Assembly (NCBI GenBank): GCA_038134595.1
Contig: JAYPVM010000007.1
Location: 64,001-128,000, forward strand
DNA length: 64,000 nt
Direction: 5' to 3'
From: Pseudomonadota bacterium
Lineage (GTDB): Bacteria; Bdellovibrionota_C; UBA2361; OMII01
Made by a program: the position numbers and the translations under genes. Below the pieces are notes generated by a model. That model was not told where the DNA came from and ran no database searches. It worked only from the letters and a program-made list of their open reading frames with translations. Each line of letters starts with the position of its first letter. Within the stretch, counting starts at the first letter, position 1. Shown in pieces: positions 28,741 to 39,394 of this stretch.

Positions 28741-31614
28741 ATGTTTGAAAAATCGCTGGATAGCCGAGTCCTTCGTTTCCAAGTTGAAATTGGGAGCAAT
28801 GAGTACCAAGCCGTCCTTAAACAGCTTAGAGGAATTGAATCCGGTCACGAGGACCCAAAAAGTCGTCCTGCCCGTCGGGCGGTTCAAGCACTCGTGGATC
28901 TCGACCTCTCGAGTGGGTCGTATCTAATTAGTAAAATCCAGAATCATCAGCTACCGAAAGCACTGGCGATTGCACCAACGACAGAAACTCACCAACACCT
29001 CTCATCTGCGATCACAAAAGAGATAGACAGGCAGGGAAACAGTGCTCTAATCGCGCAACTTCAGAATATCATTCAATCCTGTCCTCAAATCTCATCTACA
29101 AGTGTGAGAATTCGCATGGCAGATCTGTCGGTTGTAACGCCGATAACGCATCCAACCAACAAAATTTCTCACGTTCCAATACTTGCCTCATTAGCACCGA
29201 CGATATCTCTTGATTTCGATGACACTCCACCAGTTGTAATTTCAAAAGACCTCACCTACGATCCCATTCAGGCACTCAACACGATCGCTGACAGCATCTC
29301 CTTCGAGGCCCCTCCTACGGTTACCGTCGATAGAAACGCCTGGACCCTGAGCTTGGCACTGCGCATGCCAAATCTACCGGACGACACTACCTTTCAGATC
29401 TATGCGCACTGGGGAAGCTACGGAGAACTTACCACCCCGTGGCGAGATGAGCTCCTTGCAACAATTGAACAAACAAAAACCGGTCGCATTCATAACATCT
29501 CTTTTACAGGAGAGGCTCTTATCCGCGGCGAATATGGAATCGCTTTCTTCATTACAACTCAAGCAAGCTCCGCCCGCATATGGCTGGGTTCGCTCGCTGG
29601 TGGCGATACCCCATTTACAATCGATTGCGATGACATCAACTCACAACAAAAACGTATTCAAGCTCACCAGGATACTCAGCTTGATTTTGTTCGCCACATC
29701 GATAGAGCTATCGAGAACCCCCAAGAATTCTCTTCACTAACATCCGCAAAATATTCTCAAAATCCGACACGCACCCTCGGAGCTTGCCTTGCAGACAAGC
29801 TAGGCATGTCGCAAAACGAAGACAACGCGCTTCAAACAGTATTGGACCGTATCGGGGTACTCTCTACCGGGGAAGAGGTCAAGAATCATATCCTTCAAAA
29901 CTATGGCCTGGGAGAAGTGGTCTTTATCTCTCCAGAGGGCCCACACGCGGGAGCCGGTGGCCTGGCACAAGTAATATCAGGGCTCCCACCAACAATCGCG
30001 CGAAATCAAATCCCTACGACGATAATCTCTCCACTCTATGCCTATGCAAATGGCAATAAACACAAGTCAGCACAAGACATTCTCCATGGCGGTATTGTAC
30101 TAGGGGACATGAAGGTAATACCGGAGTATGCTTGCTCTATTCGGATTGATCTTGGCCCAACATATTCAATAGGAGGCTCTACCCATAAACGTCCCCCCTC
30201 CTCTCTCACGTGCAAAGTATATCTGGCACAATCCGGCAACTTGCGGCTCTTCTTGGTGGCAAACAGTAGTACGTTTGATCGACTCTACCAACCTGTATAC
30301 GCTGATGAACAGCTCCGACGGGCCATTGCCTTCTCTCGCGCATCTCTTGAAGTAATTGCACAAGAAAGCCTGCTTGTAAGACCTTCAATCATCATTTCAA
30401 ACGATTGGATGGCAGCGTGCGTTCCCGCTTTATGCGCTCTTGACACTCGGTATAATCAGATTGATTGGCTGCGCGATGCAAAAACAATTCATATGATCCA
30501 TAACGGTGGGGCTGATTATCACGGGCGCCTCCCACTTCACTTTGGGGATGAAGATCTTTGGCCGATGATTAATTTAGCCCCAGAGCACTATTTTGGCTTC
30601 CGAGATCCCTATCGCGCAGATCTCTTAAACCTGACCATGGCTGCGACGCAACACGTATCCGGAGGGGTTCTTACCGTAAGTCAGCCGTATGCCGCAGATC
30701 TGCTCTCAGATATTGGCAGTGACGGGCTCCACTATGTATTGCAGCACAAAAAAGACCGTGTTTTCGGTGTCAGTAACGGCATCAATAGAGCTCACATTGA
30801 TTCTTATCTCGCGCTTCGAACTGGCTCTAGCCAGGAAACATTGTGCGGCACAGATGAGATACTCAACGCCAAGGCTATTCTCAAACAAGAGATGCAAAAT
30901 AAATATCGACTTACCTTAGACCCCAAAGCTCAAGTCCTGTGCATGGTCGGTCGCATCGCTGAGCAAAAAGGCCTCTATCTCCTTACGGGATATGTAGCTG
31001 GATCTAACCACTCTACTCTTGAGGACATCCTCATTCGACATTCGAACACACAGATACTTGTGGCCGGTCCTGTTACCGCCGGCGATCAAAACGCCTCAGA
31101 TTTCTGTAAGAATCTCACGTATCTTCAGGGAAAGTATCCAGGAAGAGTTGCTGTTGACTTCTCTTACCTCTCTCACTCATGTGCACTTGATATCATAGCT
31201 GGAAGCTCCCTCTTTCTTATGCCTTCTCGATTTGAGCCAGGTGGGATAGCACAACTAGAAGCGTTAGCTGTGGGAACTCCTGTTGTCGGTAGGGCCGTCG
31301 GTGGAATTTCAGCTACAGTGATTAATTTTGATCCTGATTCTAAGCTGGGGACAGGATTTCTCTGTTACGACTATGATCCAACTGCTTTTGCTCACACAAC
31401 ACATTGGGCTTTAGACACTTGTAACAATCCTAAACTATACACGGCTCTCGTCGCCCAAGCATTCAAAGCTGATCACTCATGGGATCAACGATCCGCCCAA
31501 TTTACCGCCATCCTACAATCAGTCAGCCTAGGCGAGGAGCGCCTCAAAAGCTTATCTTCTCTTGAAAACACACGAGCACTCCTTGATCAAAGTAGAGCTT
31601 GGAGGCAACAATAG
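28741..31614 (+). CDS. Glycogen/starch synthase-like GT5 enzyme with ~390-aa N-terminal extension
   Basis: GGLAQV, NDW, IHN, TVSQPYA, NGI, GRIAEQKG, LMPSRFEPGG..QLEAL..GTP in the C-terminal 570 aa. Confidence 0.82.
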   Translation: MFEKSLDSRVLRFQVEIGSNEYQAVLKQLRGIESGHEDPKSRPARRAVQALVDLDLSSGSYLISKIQNHQLPKALAIAPTTETHQHLSSAITKEIDRQGNSALIAQLQNIIQSCPQISSTSVRIRMADLSVVTPITHPTNKISHVPILASLAPTISLDFDDTPPVVISKDLTYDPIQALNTIADSISFEAPPTVTVDRNAWTLSLALRMPNLPDDTTFQIYAHWGSYGELTTPWRDELLATIEQTKTGRIHNISFTGEALIRGEYGIAFFITTQASSARIWLGSLAGGDTPFTIDCDDINSQQKRIQAHQDTQLDFVRHIDRAIENPQEFSSLTSAKYSQNPTRTLGACLADKLGMSQNEDNALQTVLDRIGVLSTGEEVKNHILQNYGLGEVVFISPEGPHAGAGGLAQVISGLPPTIARNQIPTTIISPLYAYANGNKHKSAQDILHGGIVLGDMKVIPEYACSIRIDLGPTYSIGGSTHKRPPSSLTCKVYLAQSGNLRLFLVANSSTFDRLYQPVYADEQLRRAIAFSRASLEVIAQESLLVRPSIIISNDWMAACVPALCALDTRYNQIDWLRDAKTIHMIHNGGADYHGRLPLHFGDEDLWPMINLAPEHYFGFRDPYRADLLNLTMAATQHVSGGVLTVSQPYAADLLSDIGSDGLHYVLQHKKDRVFGVSNGINRAHIDSYLALRTGSSQETLCGTDEILNAKAILKQEMQNKYRLTLDPKAQVLCMVGRIAEQKGLYLLTGYVAGSNHSTLEDILIRHSNTQILVAGPVTAGDQNASDFCKNLTYLQGKYPGRVAVDFSYLSHSCALDIIAGSSLFLMPSRFEPGGIAQLEALAVGTPVVGRAVGGISATVINFDPDSKLGTGFLCYDYDPTAFAHTTHWALDTCNNPKLYTALVAQAFKADHSWDQRSAQFTAILQSVSLGEERLKSLSSLENTRALLDQSRAWRQQ

Positions 31615-32276
31615 AGACTGTATTACTTCACAATCTCCCCTTAGTATACAAGCATCGAAGCTCCTGTTCCCTGACTGCAATCTCCAAAATCTCGCGCAGA
31701 ACTCTCCTCCTCTCTACCGCGGTGTCTCTTGGTCTTGCTTTATGGCTCTCCCCTGCTTGCGCACAATCCCGAAGTGTCACCGTTACCCGAGTAATCGATG
31801 GAGATACTATCGATGTAGTATCAGAGGGTCATCATCAACGAGTTAGACTAATCGGTATCGATACTCCAGAATCCCGAAATAATCAACGCTCCCTCATACA
31901 GGCCAACAAAGCAAACATTACAAAAAAAGAAATTATAAAGATGGGATCCTGCGCTCATTCGTTTACCGAGGCGCTACTGCCTATTGGACAACAAGTGACA
32001 CTTGTAACCGACACTCAAAAGCGCGATAAATACAGACGAACCCTCGCCTATGTTTATCTGCCTAATGGTCAAATGGTGAATGAAGTCATTATCTCCCAAG
32101 GCTACGCTTATCCTCTCACGATCGCGCCAAATGTTCTTTATGAAAAGCTCTTTCGACAACGTTTTGCAGACAGCAGAAAGGCTGAGAGAGGTTTGTGGTC
32201 AGGCAATCCTAGCTGTACACCGGTAGAATACAAAGAATCGGTTAATAGTATTTCGACAACACCCATGATAGAATGA
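31599..32276 (+). CDS. Secreted thermonuclease (SNase) family protein
   Basis: VTRVIDGDT, RVRLIGIDTPE, RDKYRRTLAYVY, RGLWS; true start uncertain. Confidence 0.88.
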   Translation: MEATIETVLLHNLPLVYKHRSSCSLTAISKISRRTLLLSTAVSLGLALWLSPACAQSRSVTVTRVIDGDTIDVVSEGHHQRVRLIGIDTPESRNNQRSLIQANKANITKKEIIKMGSCAHSFTEALLPIGQQVTLVTDTQKRDKYRRTLAYVYLPNGQMVNEVIISQGYAYPLTIAPNVLYEKLFRQRFADSRKAERGLWSGNPSCTPVEYKESVNSISTTPMIE

Positions 32277-32280
32277 CGCT

Positions 32281-34413
32281 ATGGCTAGTTCACAATCGGA
32301 TCCTAGACGACCCCAGACCGCAGTGACCCTTCATCTATCGGGTCTTCACTGCACCAACTGCGCTCTTTCTATCGAAAAGCATCTCCATAAACTTGGTGTC
32401 ACACAACCTTGTGTCGATTACGCCTCAAGCTCCGCAAGCTTTCAAGTCTCGTCCCCTGAGGCCGTTTCCGAGATTATTCAAAGCATTCAAAAGCTTGGCT
32501 ATTCGGCACATCTGGATAAACAGCTTCAAGAAACAGTCGACCGCGAAACATCAATTACAACCAAGCTTCTCATTAGTGGAATATTAACCCTACCACTCTT
32601 GATTGGAATGTTTATAGAATCTGCAACGCTACATAATCCTTGGATACAATGGGTGATTGCCTCTCCCGTGTTTTACATCGGCCTTCGACATTTTGGCGAG
32701 TCCGGCATCCGCTCTCTTAGGGCAGGCGTTGCCAACATGGATGTACTGATAGCTCTTGGCATCTTGGGTGGATACCTTGCAAGCGTTATCACACTCATCT
32801 TCGGTCTGTCTCATGAAACTATTTTTTTTGAGGCCACCTGTTCGATTACAACATTTGTGATGCTAGGACACCTTCTCGAAGAACGCGCCGTGAAGCGAAC
32901 TACTACCGCGATTGAAAGTCTAGGAAAGATTCAGCCAGCAAAGGCATGTCGAATCGACGGAGTCTCGGGCGATCTAACCCACATTGACACTAAAGATATT
33001 GTAGTAGGTGATATCCTTTACATAAGAAACGGAGAAAGCATCCCAACCGATGGAATTATCATAGAAGGAGCGCTTTCATGTAACGAATCTATGCTCACGG
33101 GAGAATCTTCTCCAGTAGAGCACGGCAAGGGAGATTCCATTATCGGCGGTACCGTGGTTATTCACGGCTCCGCTCGAATGCAAGCCACCGCTGTGGGAGC
33201 AGATACAACGCTCTCTGGAATAATTCAACTTGTTCACGAGTCTTTAAGACGAAAACCTCAGATACAGCGAATTGGAGATGCTGTTAGTAGTGTCTTTGTT
33301 CCTGCAGTACTGCTGATTAGCATCGGAGTGCTTTCCATTAGCCTATTATTCTTCGATCTCTCCGCAGCTGATGCCATTGTCCGCGCGCTCGCTATTACCG
33401 TAGTTGCGTGCCCTTGTGCGATGGGTCTTGCGACACCCACTGCAATAATGGTGGCGTTAGGAAAGGCGGCTCAATCAGGCATTCTTATTCGAGGGGGAGA
33501 CACCCTCGAACGAATGGCTACAATCACATGTATTGCCTTCGATAAAACAGGGACTCTAACCGATGGTAGATTTTCTATCCAGGATTTCGTAGTTCATACA
33601 GCTATACCAGCCAGCAAAGCACAGGAAATTATCGTTGCCCTCGCAACCACATCTTCCCATCCTATCGCCCAATCCCTATGTCATGAATTCAAAGAGTCTC
33701 GCTCGAGCATTTCGCTCTCAGAAACCGAAGAGCTAAAGGGGGTCGGTATAACTGGCAAGGGGCAGGACGGTTCGCTCTATGCACTAGGAGGGCGCCAGCT
33801 TATTCGGCAAAACAACATCGAATCAAGCGCTGACCTTGTACTCCTCAAAGATGGTGCACTCCTGGCCAGCATGAATATCGTAGACTCCCTACGCCCAGAA
33901 GCCAAATCGATAGTCAATAGCATTCGAGGCTCTGGATATAAAACAACTATTATAAGCGGCGATTCTCATAAAAAAACCTCTCATATTGCCGCAGAACTTA
34001 CTGTTGATTCTTTCTATGCTGAGCAACTACCGCAAGACAAATTGACAGTGCTCGACGCCTTGCAGAAATCTGACTCTGTTGCATTTGTTGGAGACGGGAT
34101 AAACGATGCGCCAACCTTAGGGCAAGCAACTATCGGAATCTCGCTAAGCTCAGGATCCGATGTTGCTCGGCATTCAGCACAGGTCATTCTGTCTGACAAC
34201 TCTCTTTCACGCTTATCAAGCGCTCTAAAACTTTCACGCATAACTGTTCGGACCATTAAGCAAAACCTTGGATGGGCGTTTCTCTACAACATTATCGCCA
34301 TCCCACTCGCGGCAAGCGGCTACATCACCCCACTGGCAGGAGCGCTTCTTATGACATTTTCTGATGTTATCATCGTAGCCAACTCGCTTCGCATAAAGCT
34401 CTACAAGCTGTAA
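32281..34413 (+). CDS. copA: Copper-translocating P1B-type ATPase
   Basis: CTNC metal-binding domain, TGES, CPC, DKTGT, HP, GDGIND, YN and MxxS TM motifs. Confidence 0.92.
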   Translation: MASSQSDPRRPQTAVTLHLSGLHCTNCALSIEKHLHKLGVTQPCVDYASSSASFQVSSPEAVSEIIQSIQKLGYSAHLDKQLQETVDRETSITTKLLISGILTLPLLIGMFIESATLHNPWIQWVIASPVFYIGLRHFGESGIRSLRAGVANMDVLIALGILGGYLASVITLIFGLSHETIFFEATCSITTFVMLGHLLEERAVKRTTTAIESLGKIQPAKACRIDGVSGDLTHIDTKDIVVGDILYIRNGESIPTDGIIIEGALSCNESMLTGESSPVEHGKGDSIIGGTVVIHGSARMQATAVGADTTLSGIIQLVHESLRRKPQIQRIGDAVSSVFVPAVLLISIGVLSISLLFFDLSAADAIVRALAITVVACPCAMGLATPTAIMVALGKAAQSGILIRGGDTLERMATITCIAFDKTGTLTDGRFSIQDFVVHTAIPASKAQEIIVALATTSSHPIAQSLCHEFKESRSSISLSETEELKGVGITGKGQDGSLYALGGRQLIRQNNIESSADLVLLKDGALLASMNIVDSLRPEAKSIVNSIRGSGYKTTIISGDSHKKTSHIAAELTVDSFYAEQLPQDKLTVLDALQKSDSVAFVGDGINDAPTLGQATIGISLSSGSDVARHSAQVILSDNSLSRLSSALKLSRITVRTIKQNLGWAFLYNIIAIPLAASGYITPLAGALLMTFSDVIIVANSLRIKLYKL

Positions 34414-34452
34414 TCCCTGGCAAGTGACAACCGATTTCCCGCCGCTCTTCAA

Positions 34453-34683
34453 TTACCGGCGTATAGGGCACTGATCAGGCACGGGCTCACCATCTGGAAT
34501 CGGATCCTCTCCCGGCAGATAGTCCGGAGCCTCTTCTGGAGGAGGAACTGGCATAGTATCTGGTTCGGTTTCGGGAACCGTTTCAGGCTCCACCGTCGGT
34601 GTTGGTGATTCGCTTGCACGCGGAAAGGTCAGCTCTGCTAATTCTTCACATGAGATAGGTGTGGTTAAAGCTACTTGCATCAT
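34453..34683 (-). CDS. Small acidic Pro/Glu-rich protein
   Basis: 76 aa, AGGGGA RBS, 24 bp downstream of the 1397-aa gene on the same strand. Confidence 0.6.
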   Translation of the reverse strand: MMQVALTTPISCEELAELTFPRASESPTPTVEPETVPETEPDTMPVPPPEEAPDYLPGEDPIPDGEPVPDQCPIRR

Positions 34684-34707
34684 ATTATTTCCCCTAACAC
34701 GTAGTTT

Positions 34708-37700
34708 CTATTCATATAAACTAAACGCCCCATTGCGAAGCAAGAAACGCGGCTCCCAGCCAGTTGAATTGTCTTCAAAAAACGGTACCACAAAATCTTT
34801 CCAGATTTGGCGCTCGTACTCCCCGCGACCATTCCCATCTTGCGGAAGTTGTATTTCCTGAGATCCAACTTTTAGTACCATCGTTGCGGTATCAAGCTCG
34901 AATTTTCTTTTCTCTTTCCTCGGTATGGAGTTAGGATCAATCGTGTACGCAAAGTGAAGAACCGGCATCATATTAATCGACCATCCCTGCTCTCTTCCCC
35001 CACGAAACCAACGATAGGACTCCTCTAGCATCCGGTACCGATAGGCATGAACTCGCGATCGCCGGTCTCCATCAAAAGACATATCTGGCTCGCCGTCTCC
35101 CTCTTGGCCCTGGGGAGGGGTCTCATCCTGCCGCATATCGCCTTCTCTCGCCAACGTAGTCCCCATCTTATAAAAAGAAAATGCGAACTGCCACGCCGTC
35201 AGATAGTCTTGGCAAAGCCTAGCCCAGTTATAGACATCTTTGTGTAAATGCTGAAACACCGCAAGACGTGCCTCATCATCCGGGTATCGCATCAAAAAAG
35301 CCTTGTGAACATGTCCCCATGAATCTTTCCAGCCCCAAGCTTTTAATCCATCCCTTTCCCATGAGTAATGGGGCGAAGACATCGGCAGATATGCATTACA
35401 GAGGCCGCCGCCTACCACCGATCCATACGTTAAATCTAATAAAGGCAACCCCCTCGATTGAGCGCTTCCAAGCAATCCAGAGAACGTTAGATCTATCCGC
35501 TGAACATCCAGATTTTTGGGCGAGAACCCAACGAAGTCACTTGCCGGGACCAACGCAGGCTCAAGCTTCTCTTTGAGAATCTCTGTTGGAACCGCAATCG
35601 CTGTCTGGGAACCCGGATAGAAATGCCGATTATAAACAAGATAAGAATAGTGGTGACCGTCTATTAAATGCTCTCGGTCTGGAGGGGGCACAACAACTTT
35701 TAGCCCACGCATCATCAGAAAACCCGTTCTAGACAAATTCTCCACTCGACAGTGATAGAAGTATTTGGAGCTAAACAAACCACCCTCATCCTCCCAAAGC
35801 CAGAATGGAGAGGATTTTCCCTTAGCCTTCCAGTTAGAGTCCGACGTAAACACGTTCTTTACCTTCATGTTAGACATGAAAACACCCTTACCCGGAAATT
35901 CCGTGTTACTGCTACTATTGACCACATACACGTTATCCATACAATCGAGTGCATAACGAACGAGAAACGGCGCTACGGGTTCAAAAACTTCTGTCTGCGG
36001 GGCACCTCGAGAATCGATTGCTACCGCTCCAAAACCCTTACTCTCTCGAACTGCTCGATCGACAACCTCCATGGTCTCATTAAAAGCAGCTTTTTTCCGA
36101 GGATCTTCCTCCAGAAAAGGGGGGCCTCCTATATTAAATTCTTTCCCGATTAGATTGCGTGCCCAGTCGCGCCGAGCTTTATCGGGAGAACTCCGCATGA
36201 TATCGGTTAGCGCGTGCATCTTAAGCTCGCAGAGAGCAATCCGATAATCTTCGAGACCATGAATCTCTCCCTTCAACAGAATAAGACGAAGCTTATAAAC
36301 CATCGCTGGATTGTCCATAAGACCAAAGTTTTTGGTTGAAAGCTCCGCTAGACTATCCCGAAGAGTCGATATTACTTTGTCATCATTTAACACTCGGAGA
36401 TTCTGATTAAATTCAGTCAATGTCCGCAAGGCAAGGAGCATTAATGGCTTTATTGTCTCCGAGGCAGATTGATAGGAGCGAGCAAACTCAAGAGATACTA
36501 ACTCTGGTGTCAGGCCAGCATCTCGGAGATCAACCAACAGCTCCTCTGTAACCTCCCAATCAACTGGCGGAATATCATCCGAGACCTTTAGCTCCCTATC
36601 ATACGCCAAAGCCCAGTCTAAAAGGTCAGCAATAGGTAAGCTCCTCTCTCGATATAAGGCAACATACCTACCAATAGAGAGCCACCCCCTACGTCCCAGC
36701 GCTTCTGGGAACCTGCATCTATCAGCAAGCCTGCCCGGCGAGATAGTATTCCCGGATGGATCATCCATTAAAAGCTCTACCACCTGCAGCCCCGCGGAGC
36801 CAAATCCATATCTCGATAGCCTCCGAATCAAATTTGTGTAAGGTTCCCCTGTATTGCGAATAAACAAACGATGCGCGCGGCGCAAATGCTCCTCTACTCG
36901 ACCCATCGCGACCGAATCGTTCTGATCCTTCAGACAAGATTCGACTATCGAATAATTTAAACCCTCAAGCGGCAATTTCCGCCGTTGCAAATACTGAATA
37001 ACCTTTCGATACTCGGTTAATTTATCTATTCTCTTTGCAGCGTCCTCAGCCAGGAATTCAAGAGCACTACACACCTCATGTACAGAGCGAATAGACTCTA
37101 GAGCAGGAAAACCCTCCGAGCTCTGATAACTCACCACCTGCGATACAACGTCTTCTAAACCAAACTGAGAGAGCTCCTGAAAAGCCCAATACGCCCGACA
37201 TGCCTTTGGCCTGGCAATACCAAGTAAATCATCACTCTCGTAGGCCTGCAAAAAAACATCTGCAAGACCATCCTTCTCAAGCAAACTGCTCATCAAATCT
37301 CTAAACACTATCTGTCTATTCGTGTCAGAAACATAAATAAGCTCTGCTAACTGTAACGCCCGTTCTAACTCTCCAAACCTCTTCGGTGCGAGGCTAACAT
37401 GATGGCGATCTACGAATTCTGGAGTGATAAGCCTCAAGTCAGAGATAGTATCTCGGTAGTACGCCATAGTATCCACAAACCGCTGCCACTCAGATTCAGC
37501 GTCAGGGCGATTGACTACGCACGCAATAGTTTCAAGCAACTGGGTGATATCTCGGCGAAGTGGCCAGCGTTGCGTAGAAAGCATTTCACACACTACATTC
37601 CACCGTTCAGGCGCCATACTTTGCGCCGTTAGCATCGTTGAAAACGACTTCCATGCCTGACGCAGGTCTGCGTAGCCATCACAAGCACATTGAACATACT

Positions 37701-38901
37701 CACCGAAGGCCTGAAGCATTTCACCCGACACATTCGCTTGTACCCGACTCGTAACTTCTCGCAAGAAAGAATCTTCTTTGGCTCCATCTGAACGAATCTT
37801 CACACTCAACTGGTCCAAATAGTCATCAAGGATGCGCACATGGGTGGCATACTGCGAAACACAGGATGAAGTCTGTTGCTTACGAAGCGTGTCTAACTGC
37901 TCAGCACCAATACCATCGACTCGAACTCGGTGATTACGGAGTTGTTGTAAAAAATCATCGTATAGCGCCATCGTACCGTCGAGTTCGGGCCCGTCACTAT
38001 CTTTTATAAGACGGCAAAAGCTTTCTAATAGCGAAACGATGGAACCGTTATTGCTGTATTGGTCCTCCAATGCACTATCCAATGCGGATAAAACCGAAGG
38101 TCTCGCATTTAGACTTTGTACAAGCGGCCTCAGTGCTTTTACAAGCGCTTTCGGAGCCTCATTATCTTCTAACCCAAAGACAATAGCCCTCGTGACGATT
38201 CCCTTGTCAAATCCTTCGGGAAGCTCTCTAAAGAACGATTTTACACTCTGGATACCCCGAAACCGCCCTTGGGTATTCACCATAGCAAGCAAGACCTTCG
38301 AGAGATCTGGTACCGTGTCGGGCGCAACATCATCTCCATCCAGAATCCTTCGGGCCTGCTCAGTAACGGATAGCATCTTTCCCAATCCCCACGAACTGGT
38401 GTTATCCAAACATATAAAAACGTCCGCAATACCCTGGAGAATCAGATCGTACTCTTTGGTGTTCGTACACTCAGCAAACAATGTCTGCTCTAATTCATTC
38501 CATGCCCTTGCATCGGGACTGTTGTCGATGAATGCAACAAGAAGCCTGACAACATTGGTGATGGTAGCTAACTTCGTTCCAGATTGACCGCAAATATCAC
38601 TTAGATTCTGTATTGCTCGATGATAATATCCTGGTTCCGGTTCATGCCTTATCCGGATGAGACCCCGTAAACTATCGACAAATTCCCGTCCTACAGATTT
38701 TCGGTCCACAAATTCTGGCATCGGACCGCGGAACATATCCTCTATTACTTCATCTTGTAACAATCTGTGCGCGATCTCGTGGGGTGTGAGAGCAGAATAG
38801 TATTCAGAGCCAACGTACCTAGCATTATGTTCTCTACTTCTATAAAAATCCTCAAATGAAGACATGAATAATCCAGCCAAAATAATAAAACTCGATGGCA
38901 T
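34708..38901 (-). CDS. Large hypothetical protein (1397 aa), mostly helical with degenerate repeats
   Basis: 4.2-kb uninterrupted ORF; no recognised family motif; alternative start ATG 38865. Confidence 0.85.
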   Translation of the reverse strand: MPSSFIILAGLFMSSFEDFYRSREHNARYVGSEYYSALTPHEIAHRLLQDEVIEDMFRGPMPEFVDRKSVGREFVDSLRGLIRIRHEPEPGYYHRAIQNLSDICGQSGTKLATITNVVRLLVAFIDNSPDARAWNELEQTLFAECTNTKEYDLILQGIADVFICLDNTSSWGLGKMLSVTEQARRILDGDDVAPDTVPDLSKVLLAMVNTQGRFRGIQSVKSFFRELPEGFDKGIVTRAIVFGLEDNEAPKALVKALRPLVQSLNARPSVLSALDSALEDQYSNNGSIVSLLESFCRLIKDSDGPELDGTMALYDDFLQQLRNHRVRVDGIGAEQLDTLRKQQTSSCVSQYATHVRILDDYLDQLSVKIRSDGAKEDSFLREVTSRVQANVSGEMLQAFGEYVQCACDGYADLRQAWKSFSTMLTAQSMAPERWNVVCEMLSTQRWPLRRDITQLLETIACVVNRPDAESEWQRFVDTMAYYRDTISDLRLITPEFVDRHHVSLAPKRFGELERALQLAELIYVSDTNRQIVFRDLMSSLLEKDGLADVFLQAYESDDLLGIARPKACRAYWAFQELSQFGLEDVVSQVVSYQSSEGFPALESIRSVHEVCSALEFLAEDAAKRIDKLTEYRKVIQYLQRRKLPLEGLNYSIVESCLKDQNDSVAMGRVEEHLRRAHRLFIRNTGEPYTNLIRRLSRYGFGSAGLQVVELLMDDPSGNTISPGRLADRCRFPEALGRRGWLSIGRYVALYRERSLPIADLLDWALAYDRELKVSDDIPPVDWEVTEELLVDLRDAGLTPELVSLEFARSYQSASETIKPLMLLALRTLTEFNQNLRVLNDDKVISTLRDSLAELSTKNFGLMDNPAMVYKLRLILLKGEIHGLEDYRIALCELKMHALTDIMRSSPDKARRDWARNLIGKEFNIGGPPFLEEDPRKKAAFNETMEVVDRAVRESKGFGAVAIDSRGAPQTEVFEPVAPFLVRYALDCMDNVYVVNSSSNTEFPGKGVFMSNMKVKNVFTSDSNWKAKGKSSPFWLWEDEGGLFSSKYFYHCRVENLSRTGFLMMRGLKVVVPPPDREHLIDGHHYSYLVYNRHFYPGSQTAIAVPTEILKEKLEPALVPASDFVGFSPKNLDVQRIDLTFSGLLGSAQSRGLPLLDLTYGSVVGGGLCNAYLPMSSPHYSWERDGLKAWGWKDSWGHVHKAFLMRYPDDEARLAVFQHLHKDVYNWARLCQDYLTAWQFAFSFYKMGTTLAREGDMRQDETPPQGQEGDGEPDMSFDGDRRSRVHAYRYRMLEESYRWFRGGREQGWSINMMPVLHFAYTIDPNSIPRKEKRKFELDTATMVLKVGSQEIQLPQDGNGRGEYERQIWKDFVVPFFEDNSTGWEPRFLLRNGAFSLYE

Positions 38902-38970
38902 CGCAAACGAGCGATAACCATACTAGGTGATAGCAACTAGCCTTGGGAAATAAAACACCTATTATGTAGC

Positions 38971-38988
38971 GCGTAGAAAATTCTACGC
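38971..38988. promoter_or_regulatory. Operator-like inverted repeat
   Basis: GCGTAGAA-aa-TTCTACGC upstream of the 1397-aa gene. Confidence 0.35.
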
Positions 38989-39394
38989 TTGCTTTTACAG
39001 GTAGATGTCTCAATTAGTTCGAATAAGTTTGCATTAAAAGCACCGGTCTCCATGCTCCGGTTCAGTTCCGCCAAGAAATCTAAACCCGTCTGAGCATTGG
39101 CGTTTGATAATTAAAAAACACCTCAAACTATGAAATCTATTAGCGCACTGACGCACATCTCTCACACCAAGTCAGTTGTCGAACCATGGATCTCGTCTTT
39201 TACACTCATAGCTTTCTTGATTGCACGAGCTTTGCTTTTGTTGCGCAGAATAATATAGGAGCATGAAAAGGCAGTTCAGAGCAGCCCCATAAACCCATTA
39301 TTATCAGGCGCTTATCAACCAAAACAGTCTTGTCTTACTTGCTAATTAGCATAGTCTAGCCTAGTCTTTCCAAGACTCGTATACTCAACACGCT

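Noticed and set aside
39040..39075. tRNA-like end GGTTCAGTTCCGCCA
   Set aside because: No cloverleaf or acceptor stem can be built
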